DNA of 64,000 nt from positions 2,317 through 66,316 of the forward strand of contig JAVBMD010000012.1 in NCBI GenBank assembly GCA_031552825.1, written 5' to 3'. The position numbers were made by a program, and so were the translations under genes. The notes under the pieces are model-generated. The model was not told where the DNA came from. It ran no database searches and saw only the letters and a program-made list of their open reading frames with translations. This document shows positions 18,469 through 28,769 of the stretch, piece after piece. Source of the DNA: Eubacteriales bacterium (GTDB taxonomy: Bacteria; Bacillota; Clostridia; Christensenellales; Aristaeellaceae). The stretch's first letter is position 1; the number at the start of each line of letters is the position of its first letter.

Positions 18469-19290
18469 TTATGCCTGCGCGATGATATCATCCAGCAGCG
18501 CGCGGAAGGTATGCTTCACCCGCTCGCCGGTCTCCATCACTTCCTCATGATTGAGCGGCTGATCGAGGATGCCCGCCGCCATGTTGGTGATGCAGGAGAT
18601 GCCCAGCACGCGGATGCCGCCATGGCGCGCGACGATGGTCTCCGGCACGGTGGACATGCCCACGGCGTCGGCGCCCAGCGTGCGCAGCATGCGAATCTCC
18701 GCCGGGGTTTCAAAGCAGGGGCCGGTCATCTGCGCGTAGACGCCGCTCCGCAGCGCGATGCCCTTTTCCTTGGCGCAGCGGTGCGCCAGCGCGCGCAGCT
18801 CCGGATCGAAGGCCTTGGACATATCCGGGAAGCGCGGGCCGAAGGCATCAAGGTTTTCGCCGAACAGCGGGTTGGCGCCGGTCATGTTGATTAGGTCGTC
18901 GATGACCATCAGGTCGCCGGGATGAAAGGCGGTGTTGACGCCCCCGGCGGCGTTGGTGACGATCAGCGTGCGCACGCCCAACTGCTGCATCACGCGCACC
19001 GGCAGCGTCACATCCTGCAGAGAATATCCCTCGTAGTAATGAAAGCGCCCGCGCATCATCGCCACGCGCTTGCCATGCAGCGTGCCGCAGCACCACTGCC
19101 CGGCATGGCCGGGCACCGTCGATACCGGAAAGCCGGGGATCTCGGCGTAGGGCAACACCTGCGCGCCCTCCAGCGCCTCGGCGTAGTCGCCCAAACCGGA
19201 ACCCAAGATCACGCCGATATCGGCACGCCCGCAGCGCTGTTCGATAACCTCCGCCGCGCCCTGAATTCGTTTCATCGCATCGCTCATCAT
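18469..19290 (-). CDS. punA: Purine nucleoside phosphorylase (PNP family I)
   Basis: GVILGSGLG, GRFHYYEGY, NAAGG and EVMETG motifs. Confidence 0.85.
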   Translation of the reverse strand: MMSDAMKRIQGAAEVIEQRCGRADIGVILGSGLGDYAEALEGAQVLPYAEIPGFPVSTVPGHAGQWCCGTLHGKRVAMMRGRFHYYEGYSLQDVTLPVRVMQQLGVRTLIVTNAAGGVNTAFHPGDLMVIDDLINMTGANPLFGENLDAFGPRFPDMSKAFDPELRALAHRCAKEKGIALRSGVYAQMTGPCFETPAEIRMLRTLGADAVGMSTVPETIVARHGGIRVLGISCITNMAAGILDQPLNHEEVMETGERVKHTFRALLDDIIAQA

Positions 19291-19311
19291 GGTCTGTCCT
19301 CCTGCGTGTTG

Positions 19312-20478
19312 TTATAGTAACCCCAGCACCGATTCCCCGGCCAGCGCCTCCGGCTTGTCCACGCCGAAGAAATCCAGCACCGTCGCGCCGACATCGGCAA
19401 AGGTATTGCGCGTGCCCAGATCCACGCCGCCGCGCAGCGCCTTGCCATAGAGCAACAGCGGCGCGTGCTCGCGGGTGTGGTCGGTGCCCGGATAGGTAGG
19501 ATCGCAGCCGTGGTCGGCACAGAGGATCAGCAGATCCTGCCCGCCCATGGCGGCGATGATGTGCTCCAGCGCGGCATCGAAGTCAGCCAGCGCTCCTGCA
19601 AAGCCCTTGGCATCGTTGCGATGTCCGTAGACCATGTCATAATCCACCAAGTTGGTGAAGATCAGGCCGTCGAAGTCCTCGCGCATCGCGCGCAACGTCG
19701 CCTCGATGCAGGCGGGATTCCCGGCTGCATGATCCGACCGCGTGAGGCCTTTGTGGCAAAAGATATCCTCGATTTTACCGACGCCATAGGTGGTCAGACC
19801 CGCTCCGGAAAGCGCGTCGAGCACGGTGGGCGGCGGCATCAGCGAAAAATCACGCCTGCGCGCGGTGCGGCTGAACGCCCCAGCCTGCCCGATGAACGGG
19901 CGCGCGATCACCCGCCCCACCGCCAAGGGGCCGGTGAGCAGCTCCCGCGCGATGGCGCAGATGCGGTATAGCTCCTCGATGGGGATGATCTCCTCGTGCG
20001 CGGCGATCTGGAACACGCTGTCCGCCGAGGTGTAGACGATGGGCTTTCCGCTGGCCATATGCCGCGCGCCCAACGCCTCGAGAATCTCGGTGCCGGAGGA
20101 GGCGTAATTGCCCAGCGTCTCCCGGCCGATGGCGGCCTCGAACGCGCGGATGAATTCTGCCGGAAAGCCGTCCGGGAAGGTTGGGAACGCTTGCGCCAGC
20201 GTCACGCCGCACATCTCCCAATGCCCGGTGGTGGTATCCTTGCCCGCCGAGCGCTCGCGCATGCGGCCATAGCATCCCTGCGGCGCGGACGCCGCGTCGG
20301 GCAGCGTGCTTCCCTCGATGTTAGCCAACCCGAGACGCCGCAGGTTAGGCAGCGCCGTCGGGCAATTCGCCAACACGTGCCCCAAGGTATGCGCGCCCGC
20401 GTCGCCGTAGCGCGCCGCGTCGGGCAACGCGCCGATGCCCACGCCGTCCAAAACGATCAAGATTGCCTTTTTTCCCAC
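19312..20478 (-). CDS. deoB: Phosphopentomutase
   Basis: LIVLDGVGIG, GKDTTTGHWE and the C-terminal ADHGCDPT motif. Start set to GTG 20478 (GAGGTGA upstream), but the upstream ATG 20529 remains possible. Confidence 0.85.
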   Translation of the reverse strand: MGKKAILIVLDGVGIGALPDAARYGDAGAHTLGHVLANCPTALPNLRRLGLANIEGSTLPDAASAPQGCYGRMRERSAGKDTTTGHWEMCGVTLAQAFPTFPDGFPAEFIRAFEAAIGRETLGNYASSGTEILEALGARHMASGKPIVYTSADSVFQIAAHEEIIPIEELYRICAIARELLTGPLAVGRVIARPFIGQAGAFSRTARRRDFSLMPPPTVLDALSGAGLTTYGVGKIEDIFCHKGLTRSDHAAGNPACIEATLRAMREDFDGLIFTNLVDYDMVYGHRNDAKGFAGALADFDAALEHIIAAMGGQDLLILCADHGCDPTYPGTDHTREHAPLLLYGKALRGGVDLGTRNTFADVGATVLDFFGVDKPEALAGESVLGLL

Positions 20479-20561
20479 TTTGTTCACCTCATGTAAGGGA
20501 TCGAAAAAACAGAAAACCGGTGTACTCATTGTACACCGGTTCGCAAGAAAAAGCGAGAGGT

Positions 20562-21326
20562 TTACTTTAGCCCAATCCGCACATACTCGGCCAGCATAGC
20601 GATAAACTCGCTGTTGGTGGGCTTTCCCTTCTGTGGATCCATCGTGTTGCCGAAGAAGCGGTAGAGCACATCCATGCTGCCCTTATTGAAGGTGGTTTCG
20701 ATGGCGTGGCGGATGGAGCGCTCCACGCGGGTGGGGGTAGACTCAAAGTGCTCGGCGAGCATCGGGTAAAGCCGGTTGGTGATGCTGCGCAGCAGCGACA
20801 TATCGACGCTGACCAGATTGACGGCCTCGCGCAGGTACTGATAACCGTTGATGTTGGGCGCCATGTTGATCTGCCCCAGCAGGGAGACCACAAGCTGGTC
20901 GCGCCGCTGGTAGTTGGTGCGCATCATGCCGCCGAGCCGGTCGTCCATCAGCACCTTGGCGCGCTTGACCAGCGCGTTCATATCAAAGGGCTTGAGCATG
21001 TAGTAATCCGCCCCCAAGGAGAGCGCCATGCTGGCGATGGCATCCTGCCCCATGCCGGAAAGAATGATGACACGCGGCATCTTTTCCAAGCGGCACTCGT
21101 GCAGTTTTTCGAGCACGCCAAGCCCGTCCAGATGCGGCATGATGATATCTAAGATCAACAAATCCGGCAATAGCTGCTGAACCTGTTCCACAGTTTTGAT
21201 ACCGTCGTGTACGCTGGCAACAACTTGAAATCCGGGCGTCGCGTCTATGCTTTTACAGAGCATATCGCAGAATCGTTGGTTATCGTCCGCCACGATCACG
21301 CGCGCGGACGCAGGTTCTTCTCGCAT
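20562..21326 (-). CDS. spo0A: Sporulation master regulator Spo0A
   Basis: Receiver domain (LILDIIMPHLDG) plus the Spo0A_C signature (..RVERSIRHAIE..., GKPTNSEFIAMLA). Start ATG 21326 with GGAGG upstream. Confidence 0.9.
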   Translation of the reverse strand: MREEPASARVIVADDNQRFCDMLCKSIDATPGFQVVASVHDGIKTVEQVQQLLPDLLILDIIMPHLDGLGVLEKLHECRLEKMPRVIILSGMGQDAIASMALSLGADYYMLKPFDMNALVKRAKVLMDDRLGGMMRTNYQRRDQLVVSLLGQINMAPNINGYQYLREAVNLVSVDMSLLRSITNRLYPMLAEHFESTPTRVERSIRHAIETTFNKGSMDVLYRFFGNTMDPQKGKPTNSEFIAMLAEYVRIGLK

Positions 21327-21456
21327 GGGTGCCTCCAACAGCGGTTGATCGGGTCGTCGCGGAGTCCCCCCGTCTTTTGTTGGTACATTCGACACAAGTG
21401 CGATAATTCCTGCTGCCCGCCGCATCTGCTTGCGCTAGATCGAGGATTCGTTCAAT

Positions 21457-22764
21457 TTAGGCTGCCTTGTCCGGAGAAGCACTCCTGCCCGCCGTTTGCT
21501 CCAGCATCCAATCGATATACATGCCGTAGCCTTGCGTAGGATCGTTGACGTACACATGCGTTACCGCGCCGATGATATGCCCATCCTGCAGGATCGGGCT
21601 GCCGCTCATGCCCTGCACGATGCCACCTGTCTTGGAAAGCAGCTCCGGATCGGTCACCTTGATAACGATGCCCTTTTGCGCGGCTTGGCTCTGCGGCGTG
21701 CAGCGCACGATCTCGATGCTGTATTCGCGCACGCCGTTCCCATCCACCGTGGATAGGATGCTGGCCTTGCCCTCGTGTACCATGCTCTGCGCGCCCACCG
21801 GCAGGCCGTTCGGATACAGCGCGTCGGCGGCGGGCTGCGCCATCGAGCCGTAGATGCCGTAGACGTTGTTTTTCGAAATATCGCCGATGACCTTCTTTTC
21901 CTTTAAAAAGGAACCCTTGAGTTCGCCTGGCTCGCCGCGCTCGCCGCGCAGCACATCCACCACCTGCGCCTGCAAAATCTGCCCTTCGGAGACGGTCAGC
22001 GCCATGCCGGTATCCACATCGGTGATGGCATGCCCCAGCGCGCCGAAGGCCCGCGTTTGCGGATCATAGAACGAGAGCGTGCCCACACCAGCGGTGCTGT
22101 CGCGCACCCACACGCCAAGGCGGTAGTTGCCGTCTAGGCGATCCACCGCCGGTACCACCTGCATTTGCAGGCTGCGGTTTTGCCGCTCCACGACCAGGCG
22201 CATCGCCTGCGCGCCGTTTTGGTTGACCATGCTGGAGAGATGCACGGCGCTTTCCACTGGCACATCGTTGATGGTGCGGATCAAATCGCCGGGCTTCAGT
22301 CCGGCTTGCCGGGCGGGATTGGGCTCCTGTCCGCCGGAGATATCCGAGGTGCCGACCACCAGCACGCCCGCGGTGTGCAGCGCAACGCCGATGGCCTGCC
22401 CGCCGGGGATCAGCGTGCGCGTAGGCTGCACCTGCACCTTTACGTTCTTAACCGGCAGCAGACCCAGCAGCGAAAAGCGCAGCTGCGACTCCCCCGCGCT
22501 GCTTGGCGCTAGGCTCACGGTGCTCTGCATGGCATCGCCGAGCGACTGGTCGCCGCTGGCCAGCACGGTGGTTCCCTCGCTCTGCACGCTGAGCGGCACG
22601 CCGAGGCTGAGCACATGCTCCTGTCCGGAGTACATGCGCAGCACCTCCGGCAGCGCGCGCAATTGCGTCATCTGCGGAGAATAATTGATCGCGATCACCA
22701 TCGCGGACAATAATACCCCTATGATCTGTTTCGTTCCAAAGTTGCGCCCCGGTTTGCGCGCCAT
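21457..22764 (-). CDS. spoIVB: SpoIVB peptidase (S55) with PDZ domain
   Basis: GTLSFYDPQTRAFGALGHAI (His) and GIVQGMSGSPIL (Ser) motifs. Sits adjacent to spo0A, as in Bacillus. Confidence 0.85.
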   Translation of the reverse strand: MARKPGRNFGTKQIIGVLLSAMVIAINYSPQMTQLRALPEVLRMYSGQEHVLSLGVPLSVQSEGTTVLASGDQSLGDAMQSTVSLAPSSAGESQLRFSLLGLLPVKNVKVQVQPTRTLIPGGQAIGVALHTAGVLVVGTSDISGGQEPNPARQAGLKPGDLIRTINDVPVESAVHLSSMVNQNGAQAMRLVVERQNRSLQMQVVPAVDRLDGNYRLGVWVRDSTAGVGTLSFYDPQTRAFGALGHAITDVDTGMALTVSEGQILQAQVVDVLRGERGEPGELKGSFLKEKKVIGDISKNNVYGIYGSMAQPAADALYPNGLPVGAQSMVHEGKASILSTVDGNGVREYSIEIVRCTPQSQAAQKGIVIKVTDPELLSKTGGIVQGMSGSPILQDGHIIGAVTHVYVNDPTQGYGMYIDWMLEQTAGRSASPDKAA

Positions 22765-22913
22765 GCAACATCGACCCCTTCATCGCCATTCTCTTAGCAA
22801 AGAAAGGGTGCACAAAGCGGCAGGCAAATATGCCGAGCAATCCTTGGGATCGCTTTTTTCATAATCCTTTCTTTTTCCTTCTATCTTAAAAGGGTAGAGA
22901 TAGGAGGAAAACC

Positions 22914-23696
22914 ATGAACGCTCTATTTCGTTCGTTTTGCGCGGGTGTGCTTGCCTGTCTTCTCCTCGTGCCGGGCGCCGGGGGCGCGCAGGCGGAAAGG
23001 CCGCTTCCTTACGCCGGCAAAACCGCCGTCATCTTCCGCGCCTCACCAGACGATACCTCGGTGCAGCTCATGCTATACAGCGAGAAGAAGGGCGAGCGCA
23101 CGCTGCTGGTGTACCCGCAAGACGATCCGGCGGCGATATCCGCCTATCCGGCGGAAGCCACCAAGCGCGGCTCCCCCTTCATGCTGACCGGACTTTCGCC
23201 TGCGCGGCGGTACGTCGCGCTGCTGGTGACGCACGATGCCCCCGCCGAGCGCGCCGACGCTTTCCCCTACTTCGACCCTGTCAACGGATACGCGCTGCTC
23301 TCCTTCCACACGCCCGGGCTTTCCGCGCCGCACAACACCCTCCTCGCGATGTACGACATCACCGCCACCGGCGCTCATCTCCTCGCCCATACCGACGAGG
23401 GCTTCGCGGTGCGCCTAGCGCTGGACGAGCAAATATTCTGGCTGCGCGACGGACGAAGCTTTCAGTTGTCACGGATGCAGCCCAACACCTTGTACGATCT
23501 TACGTTCACCGCCATGCGCTGCCCTTGCGACGCCGCCAGCATGCGGCTGCCGCTGCGCACCCTGCAAACGCCGCAAAGCCGGGAACCGCGCCCCGTCGGC
23601 AAAGAAAATTCGCCCGCGCCAAACCTGACCTGCATCTGCGAGGACGCGGCGCTTTGCGAAGCCAACGCATGCAAAAAACAGCCTCCCGCACAATAG
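22914..23696 (+). CDS. Hypothetical secreted protein
   Basis: Signal peptide ..LLVPGAGGAQA and an AGGAGG RBS. No family recognised. Confidence 0.5.
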   Translation: MNALFRSFCAGVLACLLLVPGAGGAQAERPLPYAGKTAVIFRASPDDTSVQLMLYSEKKGERTLLVYPQDDPAAISAYPAEATKRGSPFMLTGLSPARRYVALLVTHDAPAERADAFPYFDPVNGYALLSFHTPGLSAPHNTLLAMYDITATGAHLLAHTDEGFAVRLALDEQIFWLRDGRSFQLSRMQPNTLYDLTFTAMRCPCDAASMRLPLRTLQTPQSREPRPVGKENSPAPNLTCICEDAALCEANACKKQPPAQ

Positions 23697-23723
23697 GGAG
23701 GCTGCAAAAGCATACCGCGCGTT

Positions 23724-24191
23724 TTATTTGTTGAGATCGACATCCACCAGTAGGTGCTTGAGCTCCTCCATAAAGGACTGGATGTCGCGAAATTGGCGAT
23801 ACACCGAGGCGAAGCGGACGTAAGCCACCTCGTCCAGCTTGCGCAGACCCTCCATCACCATCTCGCCGATCTTGGTGGTGCTGATCTCCTGCTCCAGCGA
23901 GTTGTAGGCCTGCATCTCGATTTCGCGCACCAGCTTGTCGATGTCGGCCAGCGCCACGGGGCGCTTTTCGCAGGCCTTTACGAGGCCGCGGCGGATCTTG
24001 TCGGCATCGAAGGGCTCGCGGCGGTTGTCCTTTTTGACGACCAGCAGCGTCACGGTATCGACCTTTTCATAGGTGGTGAAACGGCGACCGCAGTTCTCGC
24101 ACTCCCGGCGGCGGCGAATGGCGTTGCCTTCCTCGGTTGGCCTAGAATCCACCACACGGCTATCGGTGCAATTACAGTACATACATTTCAT
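23724..24191 (-). CDS. nrdR: Transcriptional repressor NrdR (zinc ribbon plus ATP-cone)
   Basis: MKCMYCNCTDSRVVDSRPTEEGNAIRRRRECENCGRRFTTYE is the canonical NrdR N-terminus. Confidence 0.9.
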   Translation of the reverse strand: MKCMYCNCTDSRVVDSRPTEEGNAIRRRRECENCGRRFTTYEKVDTVTLLVVKKDNRREPFDADKIRRGLVKACEKRPVALADIDKLVREIEMQAYNSLEQEISTTKIGEMVMEGLRKLDEVAYVRFASVYRQFRDIQSFMEELKHLLVDVDLNK

Positions 24192-24554
24192 GACGCGGCC
24201 GTCCTTTCCCTGCCCGATCGGGCATCCTTCATCGCAAAAGAAATATTATAGGAATTATTCTGTATTATACCCATTTCATACCGATCCGTCCAGTGCTTTT
24301 TTCTAAATTCGCATCTTCTCTCAAACTTTAATGTTGTTGCCGGGCGGCAGCCCTACCACAATCGCTTGTACTTATAAGGTAGAAAGCGTAGAGCGAATTA
24401 TTATGTTTACATCGTTTTAATGCGCGTCTTGCTGCAACTTCTCCGGGCGTTTCCCATCAATTATCGCGAAAAACGCCTCGCCTGCCCTTGGTTTTTGAAA
24501 AAATCTGTCAGGCGAATTGCATTTTATTTCACATTGGAAAATTTGCTCTTTCGG

Positions 24555-24583
24555 TTGCGCGGACGAAAATTCAATGCTATAAT
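24555..24583 (+). promoter_or_regulatory. Putative sigma-A promoter of the peptide ABC operon
   Basis: TTGCGC, a 17-nt spacer, then TATAAT, about 90 nt upstream of ATG 24675 in an AT-rich 483-bp intergenic region. Confidence 0.4.
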
Positions 24584-24674
24584 CTCAATAACTATTTATT
24601 CCGTCACAATCGAAGCGCGCGGAATGCGGGTTTTGATACATATTCAATAGAATGTCGGTTAGGAGTGTGGAATC

Positions 24675-25589
24675 ATGATCCGGTTTTTCACAAGGCGCGT
24701 ATTGATGGCGATTTTAACGTTGTTTATTATCACCACCATTACGTTTTTTTTGATGTTCCTTGTCCCCGGCGGCCCCTTCCTCAGCGAGAAGGTGTCCCCG
24801 CAGATGATGGAGATCATGAACAAAAGCTACGGCTTGGATCAGCCGGTCACAACGCAATATAAAAATTACATGACCAAGCTGGTGACCGAGGGCGATATGG
24901 GCATCTCCTTCAAGCGCAAGGGGTATACGGTCACCGAAATCATCTTCGAAAAATTTCCGGTGTCGGCCAGCATCGGCGGCTATGCCATCCTGCTGGGGCT
25001 GGCGGTGGGCATCCCGGCCGGGGTGCTGGCCGCCTATAAACGCAACAAACTCATCGACCGAATCATCATGTTCATCTGCACGCTGGGCATCGCCTTGCCC
25101 AGCTTCGTCATCGCCACGACGCTGCTCTACGTGCTGGGCATGAACCTGCAATGGCTGCCCACCATGGGGCTGAAAACGCCTGCCAACTACATCATGCCGG
25201 TGTTCGCGCTTTCACTCTCGCCCACCTGCTACATCACGCGGCTGATGCGCTCGAGCATGCTGGACGTGATGGGGCAGGATTACCTCAAAACGGCGCGCTC
25301 CAAGGGGCTTTCGGAGCAGGTGGTGCTGTTCAAGCACGCGCTGCGCAATTCGGTGATCCCGGTTATCACCTACTTGGGGCCGATGGTCACGGCGGTGCTC
25401 ACCGGCAGCTTTGTCATCGAGAAGATCTTCTCGATCCCCGGCCTGGGTCGATACTTCATTGACTCCATCGGCGGGCGCGACTATCCGATGATTATGGGTA
25501 CCACGGTGTTCTTCGCCGCCATCCTGATCCTTGCGAACCTGATCGTGGATATCCTCTATACCGTAGTCGATCCGCGGATCAAGTATTAG
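24675..25589 (+). CDS. Peptide/nickel ABC transporter permease (OppB/DppB-like)
   Basis: MIRFFTRRVLMAILTLFIITTITFFLM start and the EAA-like loop ..DYLKTARSKGLSE. Confidence 0.85.
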   Translation: MIRFFTRRVLMAILTLFIITTITFFLMFLVPGGPFLSEKVSPQMMEIMNKSYGLDQPVTTQYKNYMTKLVTEGDMGISFKRKGYTVTEIIFEKFPVSASIGGYAILLGLAVGIPAGVLAAYKRNKLIDRIIMFICTLGIALPSFVIATTLLYVLGMNLQWLPTMGLKTPANYIMPVFALSLSPTCYITRLMRSSMLDVMGQDYLKTARSKGLSEQVVLFKHALRNSVIPVITYLGPMVTAVLTGSFVIEKIFSIPGLGRYFIDSIGGRDYPMIMGTTVFFAAILILANLIVDILYTVVDPRIKY

Positions 25590-25592
25590 GAG

Positions 25593-26654
25593 GTGGCGAG
25601 CATGACGGATAACAATATGAACATGAAAAAGAGCCCGATTTCCGAGGCCGAGAAACTTACCGGCGAGCTCACCATTAAAAAATACATGAAGCCGGGCAGC
25701 TTCCATCTGAATATTCAAGACATGGAACCAGCAACCGAGGAGCAGAAGACGCAGCGCGTCATCATGCGCGAAAGCACCACCTATTGGCAGGACGCGCGCC
25801 GTCGGTTCATGAAGAACAAGGTGGCGGTCGGCTCGCTGATTATGATTATCCTGATCTTTTTGTTCGCCTTTGCCGGGCCGTACATGACCAAGTATTCCTA
25901 CGACGACCAGACCCGCGGCCACGAGCGCATGGCGCCCTGCGCCGAGCACCCCTTCGGCACCGACAACTTGGGCCGTGACATGCTGGTGCGCACGATGATC
26001 GGCACCCGCATCTCGCTGGCCATCGGCGTGTTCTGCGCGATCATGGTGGTGTTCATCGGCACGCTGGTCGGCTCGATCTCCGGCTACTTCGGCGGTTGGG
26101 TCGACAACCTCATCATGCGAATATGCGAGATCCTCTACTCGATCCCCGATATACTGGTCATCATCATCCTGCAAATCAGCTTAAAAGCATTTCTGGATAC
26201 GGCGCTGCCCAACTTCCGTATGGGTACCGCCATCGTATCGGTATTCATCGCGTTCGCGATGCTTTACTGGGTCAACATGGCGCGCATGGTGCGCGGCCAG
26301 ATGCTCTCGCTCAAGCAAAATGAATATGTGCTTGCCGCCAAGGCGCTGGGCGCTTCCGGCGGACGTATCATCCGCCGCCACCTGCTGCCCAACGCCATCG
26401 GCACCATTCTGGTCACCGCCATGTTCCAAATCCCCACCGCCATCTTCACCGAAAGCTTCCTAAGCTTCATGGGGCTGGGCGTGGCGGCGCCGATGGCTTC
26501 GCTGGGTTCGTTGGCAAGCAAGGCGTTGGACGGGTTGGCCAGCTATCCCTACCTGATGCTGTTCCCCGCGGCGATGATCGCGCTGATTATCCTCTCGTTT
26601 AACCAATTCGGCGACGGCCTGCGCGACGCGCTGGATCCGCGCCTGCGCGGGTAA
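25593..26654 (+). CDS. Peptide ABC transporter permease (OppC/DppC-like)
   Basis: HPFGTDNLGRDML motif and the EAA loop ..EYVLAAKALGASGGRIIRRHLLPN. Confidence 0.85.
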   Translation: MASMTDNNMNMKKSPISEAEKLTGELTIKKYMKPGSFHLNIQDMEPATEEQKTQRVIMRESTTYWQDARRRFMKNKVAVGSLIMIILIFLFAFAGPYMTKYSYDDQTRGHERMAPCAEHPFGTDNLGRDMLVRTMIGTRISLAIGVFCAIMVVFIGTLVGSISGYFGGWVDNLIMRICEILYSIPDILVIIILQISLKAFLDTALPNFRMGTAIVSVFIAFAMLYWVNMARMVRGQMLSLKQNEYVLAAKALGASGGRIIRRHLLPNAIGTILVTAMFQIPTAIFTESFLSFMGLGVAAPMASLGSLASKALDGLASYPYLMLFPAAMIALIILSFNQFGDGLRDALDPRLRG

Positions 26655-26701
26655 ACGCCCCCATTCTGCGCGATGATCGCAAACGGAAGGAAGGCCTAAA
26701 A

Positions 26702-27730
26702 ATGGAAAAATCAAACGCCGAAAGGCTATTGACAGTAGATGATCTGCACATCTCCTTTTTCACCCCCGCCGGTGAGGTCAAGGCGGTAAACGGCATGGAC
26801 TATACGCTGGACAAGGGCGAGGTGCTGGGCATCGTGGGCGAGTCCGGCTCCGGCAAGAGCGTATCGGTCAGCGCGCTGATGCACCTGCTCTCCTACCCCG
26901 GCAAAGTGGTGGGCGGCAGCATGACCTTCGACGGGCAGGACGTTCTCTCGATGAGCAAGCGGCAGATCCGGGAGATTCGCGGCAAGGAAATCGCGATGAT
27001 CTTTCAGGACCCGATGACCAGCCTCAACCCGGTCTACACCATCGGCAACCAGCTGACCGAAACCATCCTCTGCCACAGCAAGATCGGTGCCGGAGAGGCC
27101 CGCAATCGGGCCATGGAAGGCCTGCGCATGGTGGGCATCAACAACCCCGAGCGCCGCATGAAGCAATATCCGCACGAGCTTTCCGGCGGCATGCGCCAAC
27201 GCGTGATGATCGCTATGGCGCTGGCGATGCGCCCCAAGCTGCTCATCGCCGACGAGCCCACCACCGCGCTGGACGTCACCATCCAGGCGCAGATCCTCGA
27301 CCTGATGAAGTCGCTGCGCAAGGAGATCGACGCGGCGGTGATCCTGATTACGCACGATTTGGGCATCGTCTCCGACATCTGCGACCGCGTGCTGGTGATG
27401 TACGGCGGGCGCGTGGTGGAGTCGGGCAGCATCGACGATATCTACTATGCCCCCCAGCACCCGTACACGCGCGGCTTGCTGGCCTGCCTGCCCAAAGTGG
27501 ACGCCGGCAAGCGCGAACAGCTCTCCCCCATCGAGGGCACGCCCATCGACCTGCTCAACCTGCCCGCGGGCTGCCCCTTCGCCTCCCGGTGCGATCGCTG
27601 CATGCAGATCTGCCTGCGCGAGGAGCCGCCGATATTCGAATTCAGCGACGGCCATCAAGCCCGGTGCTGGCTGCACGCCTGCACCGAGCCTACCCAAGCG
27701 CCTCAGGCCGCGAAGGAGGAAAACGCATGA
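26702..27730 (+). CDS. Peptide ABC transporter ATP-binding protein (OppD-like)
   Basis: Walker A GESGSGKS, signature LSGGMRQR, Walker [13 protein letters not shown] and the oligopeptide C-terminal Cys motif. Confidence 0.85.
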   Translation: MEKSNAERLLTVDDLHISFFTPAGEVKAVNGMDYTLDKGEVLGIVGESGSGKSVSVSALMHLLSYPGKVVGGSMTFDGQDVLSMSKRQIREIRGKEIAMIFQDPMTSLNPVYTIGNQLTETILCHSKIGAGEARNRAMEGLRMVGINNPERRMKQYPHELSGGMRQRVMIAMALAMRPKLLIADEPTTALDVTIQAQILDLMKSLRKEIDAAVILITHDLGIVSDICDRVLVMYGGRVVESGSIDDIYYAPQHPYTRGLLACLPKVDAGKREQLSPIEGTPIDLLNLPAGCPFASRCDRCMQICLREEPPIFEFSDGHQARCWLHACTEPTQAPQAAKEENA

Positions 27731-28692
27731 GCGAGAAAGTTTTGCTCCGGGTCGAAAACCTTCAGCAGCACTTCCAGATCAAGGGCGGTTTGTTGCAGGG
27801 CAAGAGCTACGTCAAGGCGGTGGACGGCATTTCGCTGCACATCAGCCGCGGCGAAACCTTCGGCCTCGTGGGCGAATCGGGCTGCGGCAAGTCGACCTTC
27901 GGCCGTACGGTGCTGCGCCTCTACGAGCCCACCGGCGGCACCATCGAGTTCGACGGCAAGGACATCACCAAGGGCGACATGCGCCCCTACCGCAAGCGCA
28001 TGCAGATCGTGCTGCAGGATCCCTATTCCTCGCTCAATCCGCGCATGACGGTGGGCGACATCGTCGGCGAACCGCTGGACATCAACAAGAGCTACGCAAA
28101 TGCCAAGGAGCGCAGCGATAAAATCATTGAGCAGCTTAACTTGGTGGGGCTGAATACCGAGCATATGAACCGCTACCCCCACGAGTTCTCCGGCGGGCAG
28201 CGGCAGCGCATCTCCATCGCCCGCGCGCTGGCGCTGCAGCCCGAGTTTATCATCTGCGACGAGCCGATTTCGGCGCTGGACGTATCGATACAGGCGCAGG
28301 TCATCAACAAGCTGGTGGAGCTGCAACAGAGCATGGGGCTGACCTACCTGTTCATCGCCCACGATCTGGCGGTGGTGCGCTACATCTCCGACCGCATCGG
28401 CGTGATGTACCTAGGCAAGCTGGTAGAGCTGGCCGATTCCGATGAGCTGTATCACCATCACGTTCACCCCTACACGCAGGCGCTGCTTTCGGCGGTGCCG
28501 GTGCCGGATCCCAAAACCTCGCGCGCCAGCCAGCGCATCATCTTGCAGGGCGACGTACCCAGCCCCATCAACCCGCCCAGCGGCTGCTACTTCCGCACCC
28601 GCTGCCCGCACGCCACCGAGCGCTGCGCAAAGGAAGCACCCGTCATGAAGGAAGTTTCGCCCGGGCACTTTGCCGCATGCCACCTATTGTAA
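27727..28692 (+). CDS. Peptide ABC transporter ATP-binding protein (OppF-like)
   Basis: Start ATG 27727 (ATGA overlap with the upstream gene). [17 protein letters not shown] and [12 protein letters not shown] motifs. Confidence 0.85.
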   Translation: MSEKVLLRVENLQQHFQIKGGLLQGKSYVKAVDGISLHISRGETFGLVGESGCGKSTFGRTVLRLYEPTGGTIEFDGKDITKGDMRPYRKRMQIVLQDPYSSLNPRMTVGDIVGEPLDINKSYANAKERSDKIIEQLNLVGLNTEHMNRYPHEFSGGQRQRISIARALALQPEFIICDEPISALDVSIQAQVINKLVELQQSMGLTYLFIAHDLAVVRYISDRIGVMYLGKLVELADSDELYHHHVHPYTQALLSAVPVPDPKTSRASQRIILQGDVPSPINPPSGCYFRTRCPHATERCAKEAPVMKEVSPGHFAACHLL

Positions 28693-28769
28693 GCGCGGTA
28701 TTCCATTCTGCCAAAGCAGCGGATGTTTGTCCGTTTGTTATGGAATAAAAAGCAAAGGGGAATCGGTCT

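Noticed and set aside
24192-24674. The 483-bp AT-rich intergenic region between nrdR and the peptide ABC operon, considered as a possible riboswitch, T-box or small gene (ORF 24420-24650).
   Set aside because: I could not find T-box specifier or antiterminator motifs, or any riboswitch core I recognise. The 76-aa ORF has no RBS and has implausible composition. The region is best explained as two divergent promoter regions. A covariance-model scan would be needed to exclude an RNA element.
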